From: Octopus bimaculoides
Taxonomy: Eukaryota
Direction: 5' to 3'
Length of the DNA stretch: 33,068 bases
NCBI RefSeq assembly: GCF_001194135.2
Contig: NC_068989.1
Span: 16,258,504-16,291,571, forward strand
Below, piece by piece: positions 1 through 12,113 of this stretch (position 1 is the stretch's first letter; the number at the start of each line of letters is the position of its first letter). The notes below the pieces were generated by a model. The model was not told the origin of the DNA and made no database searches. It worked only from the letters and a program-made list of their open reading frames with translations. The translations under genes were made by a program, and so were the position numbers.

Positions 1-760
1 GAAATTTCTATTCCCAAGAATATAATTATTCGTTTATATTTATATAAGGGGCATTTCTATAGAATAATGCCACACACTGGACTTCCCAATATATATATAT
101 ATATATATATATTCCATTATTCCATTATCTCAGGGCTTGTAGTGGTAGTGTTATAGTTATTCTATAGTTTGACTTAAATAAATCTAATCCTTGTTCCATT
201 AATATTCTGCAATTAGCCCATGTTAGTTTTAAAACAAGTTCTTGACTATGTAAGATAGTATAATTAAACTAGTACATAATTATCATGTTCTCTATTACTT
301 GTCTTGGACTATTATTGAATTCTTTGTTAATTCCTACCATTCTTTTTATTAGTTCCTTAAGTATATAATTATAAAAATATAATTATAATTAAGGGCGCTG
401 GAGAGCCAAAGACAATTCGCTAGAAGTAGATGTCAAATGTCTACAAGCCACACTGAATTTGTTCACTTTTTATAACACAAGGCTGAATGCGAGGGAATGG
501 ACAAGAAGATTTATAAAATTTCGGATGAATCTATATCTTAAGATTTCGTGTTCTGTAATAAAAATTACTTTACATTATACAGTAGAAGTACGCCGACAAT
601 ATATATATATATATACATAAATGAGAAATACAGATACATACCGATAAATCTCTGCGTACAGGTACCAATATATATACATGCATTACCTGCGTATACATTA
701 TATCTAATCGCCCGTCTCAGCCATGCGGTTAATGCCAGAAATAGAGCCGAAGTGAATGTA

Positions 761-761
<1 letters not shown>

Positions 762-820
<59 letters not shown>
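762..820. repeat. (GT)n microsatellite
   Basis: Direct. Confidence 0.97.
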
Positions 821-823
<3 letters not shown>

Positions 824-2298
824 ATGGGTATACTTTTGGGCACAAACGCACACGTATATTTCTACGCACGCATTGAAATCAACAATGTTAATTTTAAATA
901 GACTGTCCCCTATGGCGCCTAAATGTGAAATACGTTCCAAAGTTGGATATTATACAATTCTCGCCCTATAATTTCTGAATTATATAAGGTAATTAAGCAA
1001 TAAATTACTGTAATGAAAGTTTTTTTTTATAATGTTCGATATTGAAATGTATTTCAAGTTATGCGTTCGAGTATGTGTTGGTACTTTTGTGTATGTGTAT
1101 ATATTTCTATCTGTGCATGTGCTTGTTACGTCTGTGTGTAAAAGATGCTTCTACAACATACGCACATTCATACATAAGAGTGTGCATACATACAGCTGTT
1201 TTACTTCAAATTTTACTTGTATTTCATCAACCCACCCCCTTATACACACGCGCGTGTGCGCACATACATTCATGCACACGCATACGCATATCATAACTGT
1301 TCTCTTTTGCCTGAACTTTTGATGTTACTTTCACATCCACCTAACAGCCGACTGGTTAACTTTTTAATCTCGATTTTTCTTTACAATTAAGCTGTATCCT
1401 CTTAAAACGTATCTGTGATCTTTTCGTGACTGGCACCTCATCTAGAATGCTGTTAGTTTTCAGATAAATTTCCAATCTTTTTTGTATGGTGATGAGGTGT
1501 ATACTCTCTTTTGAAGACAAGGTTTAACTCCTGTTGAGGGCGATCAATATATAGTCAAAGTTTTCTTCTTGCTCTCTCTCTCGAAACATCTTCCCTGATT
1601 TCTCTTTCCGACTTTTGTGACCAAGAAATTGTTTACATTTGATAAGTATCATCACATATTTGATGTTCTTCCATCGATCGAAGGTCGTTTCCCTGTTTTG
1701 AATATCCATGATGGAATTCCTTTGATAAGTCTGTATCTTTTTACTTTAGAGATCTTTACCTATTGTGGAAAATAAAATAAACAGCTATATATTTGCGAAC
1801 ACTCGGGTATATTACTACGTTGTAGATATTACATCTTTCGATCTTTAGCCACCATCACCGTCATCTTTATTGGTCTCTCTTCATTGCTAATTAAATAAGG
1901 TCATTATTGCAGCGGTAGTTTGAAAAAGGAATCAGTCTTCTTTCGGAACATTTCATCATGGATGTCTTTCAGTTGTTTATATTCTTCACTCCCATCGTCC
2001 ATTTACACTTATCAGCTACTTGTGGACAGTCAGTATTACTACAAGCTAATATAGTTCCTGTCACTGAATGAAGTTGGTTTGTTATCGCAGTTGGTGTCAT
2101 GATAACTATACAGGTGTGTGTTCTCCTTGCCCAAGTACGTTTCTTGTGAATTGTTGCTTGGATACTGTCATAACTTACAGGAATTAAATTAAAATCGTCA
2201 ACCGTTCTCATGTGTTCAACAAATATTGCTTGCTGCCAAAGTTTTGAATTAACAAAGTTCAGCTTGTATTAGTCATTGTATATTAAGCTAAACTAAAT

Positions 2299-2655
2299 TA
2301 AGTAACACCGACGTGAAATTTGAACTAAATCCGTTGAAATTGGTAAACGTTTGGCTGAAAATGGGTTGCAGGCAATTTGATTGGGAAATCACATAAGGAA
2401 TCGGTTTATCGATTTTTCCACTCATTGTTTTTTATGGGGGTGGGGGGGAGAACTTAAAGCATTCAAAGACACCATGAGTCCTAAGTAACGCCGGCATCAG
2501 GTTTGAACAAAATACGTCAAAATTGGTAAAAGTTATGGTTGAAAATGGGGTGTCGCCAATTTTAGTGGGAAATCTTACAAGGAATCGGTTTATCGATTTT
2601 TCATCCTGATTGAATGGAAAATCCCATAAGGAATCAGTTCATTGATTTTTCACCC
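2299..2655. repeat. Imperfect ~183-bp tandem duplication (about 2.3 units), probably inside a non-autonomous DNA or rolling-circle element
   Basis: taagtaac...tttgaac...aaattggtaaa...gaaaatggg...aaggaatcggtttatcgattttt occurs at 2299 and 2482; a partial third aaggaatcagttcattgattttt lies near 2628. Confidence 0.65.
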
Positions 2656-4339
2656 CAAATAGGACTTAACAGAACACAGCATTGCTGATTCAAAAAAAAA
2701 TCTATATTTAAACTTTAAAGTTAGTTTTCACACCCNNNNNNNNNNNNNNNNNNNNNNNNNNNNNNNNNNNNNNNNNNNNNNNNNNNNNNNNNNNNNNNNN
2801 NNNNNNNNNNNNNNNNNNNNNNNNNNNNNNNNNNNNNNNNNNNNNNNNNNNNNNNNNNNNNNNNNNNNNNNNNNNNNNNNNNNNNNNNNNNNNNNNNNNN
2901 NNNNNNNNNNNNNNNNNNNNNNNNNNNNNNNNNNNNNNNNNNNNNNNNNNNNNNNNNNNNNNNNNNNNNNNNNNNNNNNNNNNNNNNNNNNNNNNNNNNN
3001 NNNNNNNNNNNNNNNNNNNNNNNNNNNNNNNNNNNNNNNNNNNNNNNNNNNNNNNNNNNNNNNNNNNNNNNNNNNNNNNNNNNNNNNNNNNNNNNNNNNN
3101 NNNNNNNNNNNNNNNNNNNNNNNNNNNNNNNNNNNNNNNNNNNNNNNNNNNNNNNNNNNNNNNNNNNNNNNNNNNNNNNNNNNNNNNNNNNNNNNNNNNN
3201 NNNNNNNNNNNNNNNNNNNNNNNNNNNNNNNNNNNNNNNNNNNNNNNNNNNNNNNNNNNNNNNNNNNNNNNNNNNNNNNNNNNNNNNNNNNNNNNNNNNN
3301 NNNNNNNNNNNNNNNNNNNNNNNNNNNNNNNNNNNNNNNNNNNNNNNNNNNNNNNNNNNNNNNNNNNNNNNNNNNNNNNNNNNNNNNNNNNNNNNNNNNN
3401 NNNNNNNNNNNNNNNNNNNNNNNNNNNNNNNNNNNNNNNNNNNNNNNNNNNNNNNNNNNNNNNNNNNNNNNNNNNNNNNNNNNNNNNNNNNNNNNNNNNN
3501 NNNNNNNNNNNNNNNNNNNNNNNNNNNNNNNNNNNNNNNNNNNNNNNNNNNNNNNNNNNNNNNNNNNNNNNNNNNNNNNNNNNNNNNNNNNNNNNNNNNN
3601 NNNNNNNNNNNNNNNNNNNNNNNNNNNNNNNNNNNNNNNNNNNNNNNNNNNNNNNNNNNNNNNNNNNNNNNCTATTATTTTTTTAATCATTAATTAATTT
3701 TTAAAAATGAATTTTTAAAAGTTCAAAAAATATTTCAATTCAGTTATTTTTCATTTTTAATAGAAATAACAAGTAATATCAAATAGACGTAATGGCTTAT
3801 AATAAAATTTTTAGTTTTAATGAAAGCTAATATTTTCTAAATCTAAATATTTTATTTGAAATTTTATCCTTAACTGCAATATTTCAAGTAAAAATTTTCT
3901 TATTCTCTACTGTACCAGATGTAATAAGTTGTCCTGAGCTTTTCCAAGTGTAATAGTTTGTCCTGTAATGTCCCAGGTTCATAATCTTAAGAATATTATT
4001 TCTTTTGCTCGCATTTTTCCATGTAATATATAATTCAGTGTTGGTTGAATTATATATAAAGCTATAAGCTTTATTCAGTTCGTTCAGAGTTGCTTCTCTT
4101 AGGTACATCTCATCGACAAGAGTCAATAAACTCGAAACATCGATGTCTGAGATTCCCGAGAGAGGACGACACTGAACGAACTGGGTGTTTTCACACCTTT
4201 TTACTGTAAGAGATTTGTTTTCTCCACGGTAACTACTGTGCATTTGCCTTTAGCAGTTGAAATATGTGATAAACTTATTTCAACTAACCTAAATTGTGAT
4301 TATACGTAAACACTGCTTAGTGCATTTACTCCGATATAT

Positions 4340-4350
4340 ATAAATATGTA

Positions 4351-4386
<36 letters not shown>

Positions 4387-4497
4387 AGAGAGAGAGAGAG
4401 AGAGANNNNNNNNNNAGAGAGAGAGAGAGAGAGAGAAAGAAAGAGAGATAGATAGATATAACTATATATTTATCATTCTATTTCTCTCTCCCTCTCT

Positions 4498-4537
<40 letters not shown>

Positions 4538-4545
4538 ATATATAA
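4340..4545. repeat. Compound (TA)n-(GA)n-gap-(GA)n ... (TC)n microsatellite
   Basis: Direct. Confidence 0.95.
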
Positions 4546-4688
4546 ATATAGATATATATTCGAAGTTTCAACCAGCAAAGATATCGGATTTTCATGCATT
4601 TGGGTTAATCTTGAGTTTATATATCACTGTCAAGATAAAATTTTTGCCTCAAGTAGTTGGAATTCTGTCGAATGGTAATTAGGTTGCA

Positions 4689-4774
4689 ATGGAGAAGTTA
4701 TTATGTCGACATTTTTTGTTGATTAAATTGGGGTTATGTTATTGTACAGTTTTTATTCGTGCTTTTATAAACAG
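4689..4774 (+). CDS. Candidate first coding exon (signal-peptide-like) of the same GPCR
   Basis: ATG at 4689 gives MEKLLCRHFLLIKLGLCYCTVFIRAFIN plus AG, then a donor AG|gtgtat (GT at 4775). The phase-2 end joins the single A at 12114 to make AGA (Arg) and stays in frame into LLSTLYLP. The hydrophobic core is only moderately signal-like, and phase match occurs by chance one time in three. Confidence 0.4.
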
Positions 4775-4787
4775 GTGTATGAGTGTA

Positions 4788-4788
4788 T

Positions 4789-4821
<33 letters not shown>

Positions 4822-5011
4822 CACACACACACACACACGCACACACACACACACACACACACGNNNNNNNNNNNNNNNNNNNNNNNNNNNNNNNNNNNNN
4901 NNNNNNNNNNNNNNNNNNNNNNNNNNNNNNNNNNNNNNNNNNNNNNNNNNNNNNNNNNNNNNNNNNNNNNNNNNNNNNNNNNNNNNNNNNNNNNNNNNNN
5001 NNNNNNNNNNN

Positions 5012-5043
<32 letters not shown>

Positions 5044-5125
5044 GTACATACATATGTACTTGCATACATACATACATATCTATATATATATGTATGTATG
5101 GATATGTATATATATATATATATGC
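4788..5125. repeat. (CA)n - gap - (TA)n/(TACA)n microsatellite block
   Basis: Direct; lies immediately after the candidate exon-1 donor. Confidence 0.95.
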
Positions 5126-5203
5126 ATGCGTACGCTCACTCATACACATGTGTGTATATAAATGCATGTCAATATATTTTACAGCCTGGTAATTTCCTAT
5201 ATG

Positions 5204-5490
5204 TGGAGGCGCAATGGCCCAGTGGTTAGGGTAGCGGACTCGCGGTTGGAGGATCGCGGTTTCGATTCCCAGACCGAGGGTTGTGTGTGTTTATTGAGCT
5301 AAAGCTCTACGAGGCTCCGGCAGGGGAGGGTGGCGAGCCCTGTTTTACTCCTTCGCCCCAACTTTCACTGTTTCTTGAGTAACGCTGCGATGGACTGGCG
5401 TCCCGTCCAACTGGGGGGAACACATACGCCATAGAAACTGGGAAACCGGGCCCATGAGCCTGGCTAGACTTTAAAAGGGCGCATATAAAA
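5204..5490 (+). mobile_element. tRNA-derived SINE, family B (head ggaggcgcaatggcccagtggttaggg), tail type 1
   Basis: A-box-like tggcccagtggttagg and B-box-like ggtttcgattccc. The head matches copies at 17604 and 30960. The tail ends ...gggcccatgagcctggctagactttaaaagggcgcatataaaa. Confidence 0.85.
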
Positions 5491-6104
5491 AAAATATATA
5501 TTTCTTATATGTACGTTTGACAAACATACAATGTCACTCTTCAAGTTAAAGTTGACTGCTCGATTAGTTTCGACAGGCTACTACTTTCTTGCGTACTGAT
5601 ATGCAAATAAGTAAAACCTCCATTTGTTACCTATTGGATTTTTGTTAATTACTGCATTTACCAATATATAATATGCACAGTTTTACAAGTATATTTTGTA
5701 GAAAAAGTAAATTTAGTATGTTTCATGATAGACTTAGTAAAAGATATTTTAACGTTGATTTTTATGGGGAGTATATGATTCCATGCATGTAAACATAATG
5801 CTCTGATAATGTGTAAGATAAAAATCTACAAATTCATCGTACATAAACAACAGTATACAAGTAGATTTTAAAATGTTGTCTTCCTTCGTATCGACTGTAC
5901 AGTTGTCTATATTTTGGTCAACAGAATTGTCATGTAGGACTGAAGCTTGTATTTCTAGTTATGAGGTATTGTGTTATTGCAATCGACCACCAGACTGGCA
6001 CACTACCGCCATGGTTTTGTCACCCTTGGTTACGGCAACAAAATAACAATAACGACCAACAATAACATCGAAAACAGCAACAACAATAATAATGACAAGA
6101 ATAG

Positions 6105-6318
6105 TAATTTCAAATTTTGGCACAAGGCCAGCAATTTCGTGGGAGAGGTAAGTCGATTACATCACCCCAATGTTCAAGTGGCACTTATTTTACCGAACCC
6201 CGAAATGATGAAAGGCAAGTTAACCTCGGCAGGACTCGAACTCAGAACGTATAGATGGACGAAATGTCGCTAAGCATTTTTCCCGGCCTGCTAACGATTC
6301 TGCCAGCTCATCACCTTA
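6105..6318 (-). mobile_element. SINE family A (head gagctggcagaatcgttagc; central gtcgactttgcctttcatcctttcggggtcgataaa), diverged
   Basis: Aligns in reverse complement with the copies at 10185, 22681 and 23000. The central domain recalls the MetaSINE-type domain (from memory). Confidence 0.8.
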
Positions 6319-6330
6319 ATGATAAATATA

Positions 6331-6597
<267 letters not shown>

Positions 6598-7330
6598 TTA
6601 TATTTGACTTTTGCTTTGCATTTGAAGAAGTTGGCTCCAAGTCTCACCCAGAGACCTCAAGAGACAACAAGTTAGAAGTTCATGTAGGTGTTATGCCTAG
6701 GGTACCATATATTTGGTTTTGTACAGTTTTGTTCTAGAGAATTTTTTAAAGAAACCATAAGAAAATTATGAGTTTGTTTTAAAATTTGAGATTACATAGT
6801 CATTATTTAACGTAGGATATGGGCAGTTCCCATGCGCACTATCTTTTGAATTTCTGCCATTTTGGGGTTTCCTGGTATTTGAGCTAGGTAGCAATCAGCC
6901 GCTTTTGCTATCATACCTAGGGCACCTATGACAACACATATTGTTTTAGTCTTGAAGTTCCACATTTTGCTAATTTCTATTTCAAGATCTTTATATTTGC
7001 TCAGTTTTTGGTGGGTCTTGACAGATGCGTTTATATCGATTGGGACAGTCATATCAACGAGGAGGCATGATTTTTGTCTGAAGTCTTTCAATATATTGTC
7101 TGGCCTATTTGCATTTATCTTTCTGTCAGTTTGAATGGTGAAGTTCCAGAGGAGTGAGATGTAATCATTTTCAAGCACTGGAGGTGATTTGTGTTCCTAC
7201 CAGTTTTTATCATGGGGCAGATCCAGTTTTTTTGCAAATTACCCAGTGAATATATTGTGCTGCTCTGTCATGCCTGTTAAGATACTCTGTAGGCGCAAGA
7301 AGACTGCACATGGAGACATGATCAATGGTT

Positions 7331-7333
<3 letters not shown>
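6598..7333 (-). mobile_element. 5'-truncated R4/Dong-clade non-LTR retrotransposon (zinc-knuckle remnant, restriction-like endonuclease domain, 3' UTR), pseudogenised
   Basis: The minus strand reads ETIDHVSMCSLLAPTEYLNRHDRAAQYIHWVICKK, then a frameshift and a stop, then VLENDYISLLWNFTIQTDRKINANRPD...LLVDMTVP...KLSKYKDLEIEISKMW...VVIGALG...GTAHILR*. RPD...D...K-x2-KY is the RLE signature. A ~200-nt 3' UTR follows. Both ends abut (TAA)n on the element strand. Confidence 0.9.
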
Positions 7334-7403
<70 letters not shown>

Positions 7404-9627
7404 GTGTGTGTGTATATATGTGTGTGTATGTGAGAGAGAGAGAGAGTGAGTGTGTGTGAGTATGCTTACATGCTTACATATGTGATGTGTCGACGCCCCA
7501 GGCGAAGAAGTAGGATCTCCCAAGACATATAAATAGAGGTAGTCTGGCCGTGGTAGGTGTGTTGAGTAGCAGTCGAGTAGCAGTTGTGTAGCGGTTGAGT
7601 AGAGATCATTCGAAGGCGCTAGATAGCAGTAGCTTGAGACATGACAATATGTAATAATTATTGCTTTAGACAATCTTCGTAATTATGCGTTGGACTAAGG
7701 ATATACATTGGGAAAACATCACACAGATTTATTCGAGTAAAATTTGAGGGTCAAATTACATTAGGCAGGTAAAAACATGTGCTTGAAAATGATCTATGTC
7801 TTCATTTAACACACCGGATCCTCTATTTCTTACAACCAAAGAACGAACAACACCTCAGCTTCCACTTCAGTTGCGTCGCCCCTCGGGTATGAATAATGTG
7901 GTCACGATAATATAACTACATCCCATCTCACTGCATTCCAACCCTCTTCATTCATCCCATCATAGTGCACCACACACTTATATATCCACCTTAGATACCA
8001 TATAAATTATCCTATGCATCTTCACATTCAAATAGATAAGATATACTACAAACTATACTGGCGTGTGAGGGTAACTACCCCTTCATACACAGACTTACTG
8101 ACATACATATCATCTTACTTACGAACATATCTCCAACTCAACATTTCTTTGCACATCCCTCCACACCTTAGCAGAACACAAATATCCTATACATCCACGC
8201 ACATACACAAACACCAGGATCGTGAACTCTCCATTACGTTTCTCATTTTCTTCTCCATTGCTAGTTTTCCCAAGTTCCTCCCCCTTCCCGCTGACTTTCA
8301 CTTTCATTTCCACCCACTCTTCCTACTCATTTTCTTTTTCTGACTCCATCCCTTATTGTCTACCTAACATCACTGTGCCCCATATCATGCTGAAACTTCC
8401 GGTCATCCCATCCTAGTTCTTATTTTCCCTAAGGCCTGCCATGTAAACAGAGGTCTTTTTTGGTAGTGTAATTTTTTTTTCCTGCTTCTCAATTCTTTTG
8501 TTCTTTTTTTCTCCTCTTTGGCAAAAAGTATCACACGAAACGTTTCTTCCTTTGAAGTTTAAAACTCTTTGTATATTTCTTTGTTACTTTTTATTTGGTT
8601 GATTGTTGTTGCAATATATTTTTGCACTTTTAGACGCACTTTCGCTTGTCAGATTCGGCGTGATATTTTTTTTTTTGTTCCCATATATGATACATAATTA
8701 AATTTTCACTAACAAGTAAATGATTTTTCCGTGTGTGTATGTATGTGTGTGTTTTGAAAATGATACTGATAAAATTTCACTTTATTAATTCCGCTGGGAT
8801 GCAATTTAAAAATATTATCGAAAATATATTACAGTGACAGTTCGTTATATTTGTAAGGAATATAATTACTCACCATGGAAAAGTTTTAAATATTGATATT
8901 AAGATTATTGAATCTAAGTATTTATCTACTTGAAGATGACAACACAACTGAAATGAGTAGCTGCCTAGCACGATGCCTCTGTTCAAATACCCCTATCAGG
9001 TTTTACATACATATTTGTTCTTATTTCAACTTCAAATGACAAGGAAGGGCCCTACTGTAGTCGTCCTTCAAAACTACAAAAAGACACCATCAAATCGTAG
9101 ACGAACTTAATGATAACACTATATATGTCGACCTCTAATTGTGGTTACTGCATGATATGATGTATTCTTTTAGACAAATTAAATCAATTAAGTTAATATA
9201 TTAGCCATGAGCACTACTGACTTTTGACTGATGGTATAAAATTTTACTCAATAAATCCACTGGGATTCTCCATTTCTCATTCATTCAACAAACACTCTGA
9301 AGCGAACATCACTACTCACATTCGAGTCATTTGATACCCTAACACATGTATGTGTGCGTATGTATATGCCTGCATTTCTTCTTTAGATTTTGCCTAGATT
9401 TATTGTGAGGCACAGATAAGACACTGGTAAGAGTTATACATAAAATATTTCCCAGAACCACTGTTACTCTGAAGTACCCTACCAATTTTGCATCGCTTGC
9501 TAAGCACGACTCTAGTTTCCATGTCAAATCAAAAGGAAAACTGGGAAGTGTTTTGGTAATCGAGAAGGAACATAGACTTAAATACAAGTCTGATTCCCGT
9601 TTCAACACAGAGGGTAGGCATCACAAA

Positions 9628-9761
9628 TCTATCTCTCTCTATATATATAAAAATGAGAATGTATGTCTGTGTGTCTGTGTGTCTGTGTGTCTGTGTGAAT
9701 CCCTAAAACTCCAGAACTACACAACCAATTTCATTCAAATTTTACACATGCCTTACCCGAC
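9628..9761 (+). mobile_element. Probable non-autonomous Helitron 5' end
   Basis: A|TC start, then tatatataaaaatgagaatg, a (tgtc/tgtg) microsatellite and 'aaaactccagaactacacaaccaatttcattcaaattttacac', a typical Helitron 5' layout. It runs into an N gap, so the 3' end is not seen. Confidence 0.45.
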
Positions 9762-10184
9762 NNNNNNNNNNNNNNNNNNNNNNNNNNNNNNNNNNNNNNN
9801 NNNNNNNNNNNNNNNNNNNNNNNNNNNNNNNNNNNNNNNNNNNNNNNNNNNNNNNNNNNNNNNNNNNNNNNNNNNNNNNNNNNNNNNNNNNNNNNNNNNN
9901 NNNNNNNNNNNNNNNNNNNNNNNNNNNNNNNNNNNNNNNNNNNNNNNNNNNNNNNNNNNNNNNNNNNNNNNNNNNNNNNNNNNNNNNNNNNNNNNNNNNN
10001 NNNNNNNNNNNNNNNNNNNNNNNNNNNNNNNNNNNNNNNNNNNNNNNNNNNNNNNNNNNNNNNNNNNNNNNNNNNNNNNNNNNNNNNNNNNNTTGTGCCT
10101 TTTTTCGATTAACTCAATGTTTCTTAAACATGGGTTTAGTATGTCAGTGTACTTTACACCACTAACTCATATAGGCACCATATA

Positions 10185-10396
10185 GCGAGCTGGCAGAAAC
10201 GTTATCACGCCGGGCGAAATGCTTAGCGGTATTTCGTCTGTCTTTATGTTCTGAGTTCAAATTCTGTTGAGGTCGACTTTGCCTTTCATCCTTCGGGGTC
10301 GATAAATTAAGTACCAGTTGCATACTGGGTCAATCTAATCGACTAATACCCTCCCCCAAAATTTCGGGCCTTGTGCCTAGAGTAGAAAAGAATATT
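10185..10396 (+). mobile_element. SINE family A
   Basis: gcgagctggcagaaacgtta...gttctgagttcaaattc...gtcgactttgcctttcatccttcggggtcgataaattaagtaccag...ggccttgtgcctagagtagaaaagaatatt. Confidence 0.9.
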
Positions 10397-10715
10397 TGAA
10401 ACTACACATTTTATGGAAATGTTTCGGGTTCATATTTCTCAACATATGAAGCCAGTATATTAATTTATTCTTCATTAATATCGTCGTCATCTGTACCTAA
10501 AAGCCATTGTAATTTTATGTATCTACGTGGGTGAACGTATGTCCACATTGCATTTTATTTTCCGTATAACTGATAACATTTCTCGTATAAGCCACACGAC
10601 GCCCATTATAATGGAATAGAGTTCGGGCGCATAATTAATATCGAAATAACATGCTAATAATGTACTCCTAGCAACAAGACAAAAATTTGTACCTACATAT
10701 TGATGGTCGTTCTTT

Positions 10716-10980
10716 GTCGCGGTGGGGTGCTTGCCTGGACCAATGGCTCTGAAAGCGATACCGTCAGGAGTTCTAAACTCCCTGTAGGGTCGCCTTTGGT
10801 GGCAAGGTCGAGGGCGAGAACCCATACTAAGCGCGACCAAACCCCAAGGACCCCAACAGTGGAACAAGCAGATGATGACTACAACAAACTCAACGCCTGA
10901 ACCAGGGGATGAAGAGGGAGATGCATGACGGACATGCCAGAGAAGATGTCACTCAAAACTATAACCGGGTCAGTGACAGT
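10716..10980 (+). mobile_element. Isolated 5' leader (5' UTR plus decayed ORF start) of an RTE-like non-LTR retrotransposon
   Basis: GC-rich island gtcgcggtgggg...caatggctctgaaagcgataccgtcaggagttctaaactccctgtagggtcgcctttggtggcaaggtcgagggcgagaacccatactaag. It resembles, from memory, the conserved 5' UTR of RTE-clade LINEs. Visible pairings: caggagtt/aactccctg hairpin (10765-10784), ggctct/agggtc, ggtcgc (10788-10793)/gcgacc (10833-10838). It is followed by a short decayed ORF (MMTTTNSTPEPGDEEGDA*). Confidence 0.5.
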
Positions 10981-11374
10981 CCAAATATTCTCCATATACA
11001 ATACACTTAGTACTGTATTCTATACGGAGAATAAATCTATATCATTTCTAATTCGCTTATCCCTACATTTGCCTCTATGTATGTATGTATGTATGTATGT
11101 ATGTATGTATGCATTGATGTATTTTCGTTGTAGAAGTAGTTTTCAAGATTTCTGCTGCAATGGTTTTGACGCTTCCGATTTTCATGATTTTTTGCTTTCC
11201 AATATTTATATATACATGTGTTTGTTCAAGAGTTTGTGTATTTGTATGTGTGTGGATTGTGTATGTGTGCGCGCGCGCATGTATTTATATGTGCATATAC
11301 TATATACATGTACTTTTATTTTAAATACAGGTGCACCGTTTAGATTTCTGAAATACCAATTGGACTTTGAATGA

Positions 11375-11408
<34 letters not shown>

Positions 11409-11724
11409 GGTCTACGAAATGGAAAATAGGAACGGAAAATAAAAAGAAAAGAAACATACATCACCACAGCAAAGGAAACATTAAACGTGCAATTGAAACA
11501 TTCAAGTAGCATGATGTTTTGATAGTAAATAAACGTCATTGACCATTTGTAAGTGTAACATTTCCCAGGAGCGATGCAAAAAGAGTATACACCAGGTGTG
11601 CCGGTACTGCGATACGGAGACGATTTCTATTAGAACGCATTTCAATCCACTTACGTCACTACTTCCATTAGGAAAGCTATAACAGTCACATCTTTATCCC
11701 TTTATAATCCATCCATCCATCCAT

Positions 11725-11759
<35 letters not shown>

Positions 11760-12113
11760 TACATACATACACATACACACACACAGATATGTACATCCTA
11801 CCAGATGCAAAAGAAGTCAATACTGAATATTGGTGAGAACTTGTAGAAGTGAAAGTAAATGTTTATATATTATCTATTCCGAGCACATCGTCATAAATAC
11901 ACACTTATATAAAAGATACATACATACATACATACATACATACATACATACATACATACATAATACATACATATTTACATATATTTGTATATAAATACAT
12001 ATACGCATACATACATTCATGAATGCGAACAAGCAAAAAATTATGTATAAAAGAATTTATAATTAAAAGAGTGATCACTCATCTATAACTTTTGATCCCG
12101 ATTGTCTCATCAG

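Noticed and set aside
130-2215. Stop-riddled protein-like minus-strand frames (GLDFI near 180; DDFN near 2190; 1380-1740)
   Set aside because: Too degenerate to assign to an integrase, endonuclease or transposase by eye; needs a translated HMM search.
5204-5280. tRNA-like sequence (also at 17604, 30960 and 29930-30000)
   Set aside because: These are SINE heads: no complete cloverleaf or acceptor stem, and they continue into repeat bodies.
7481-7706. Possible solo LTR (TG start, tataaata, CA end followed by ttgg)
   Set aside because: No matching target-site duplication and no second copy; not supportable without a repeat library.
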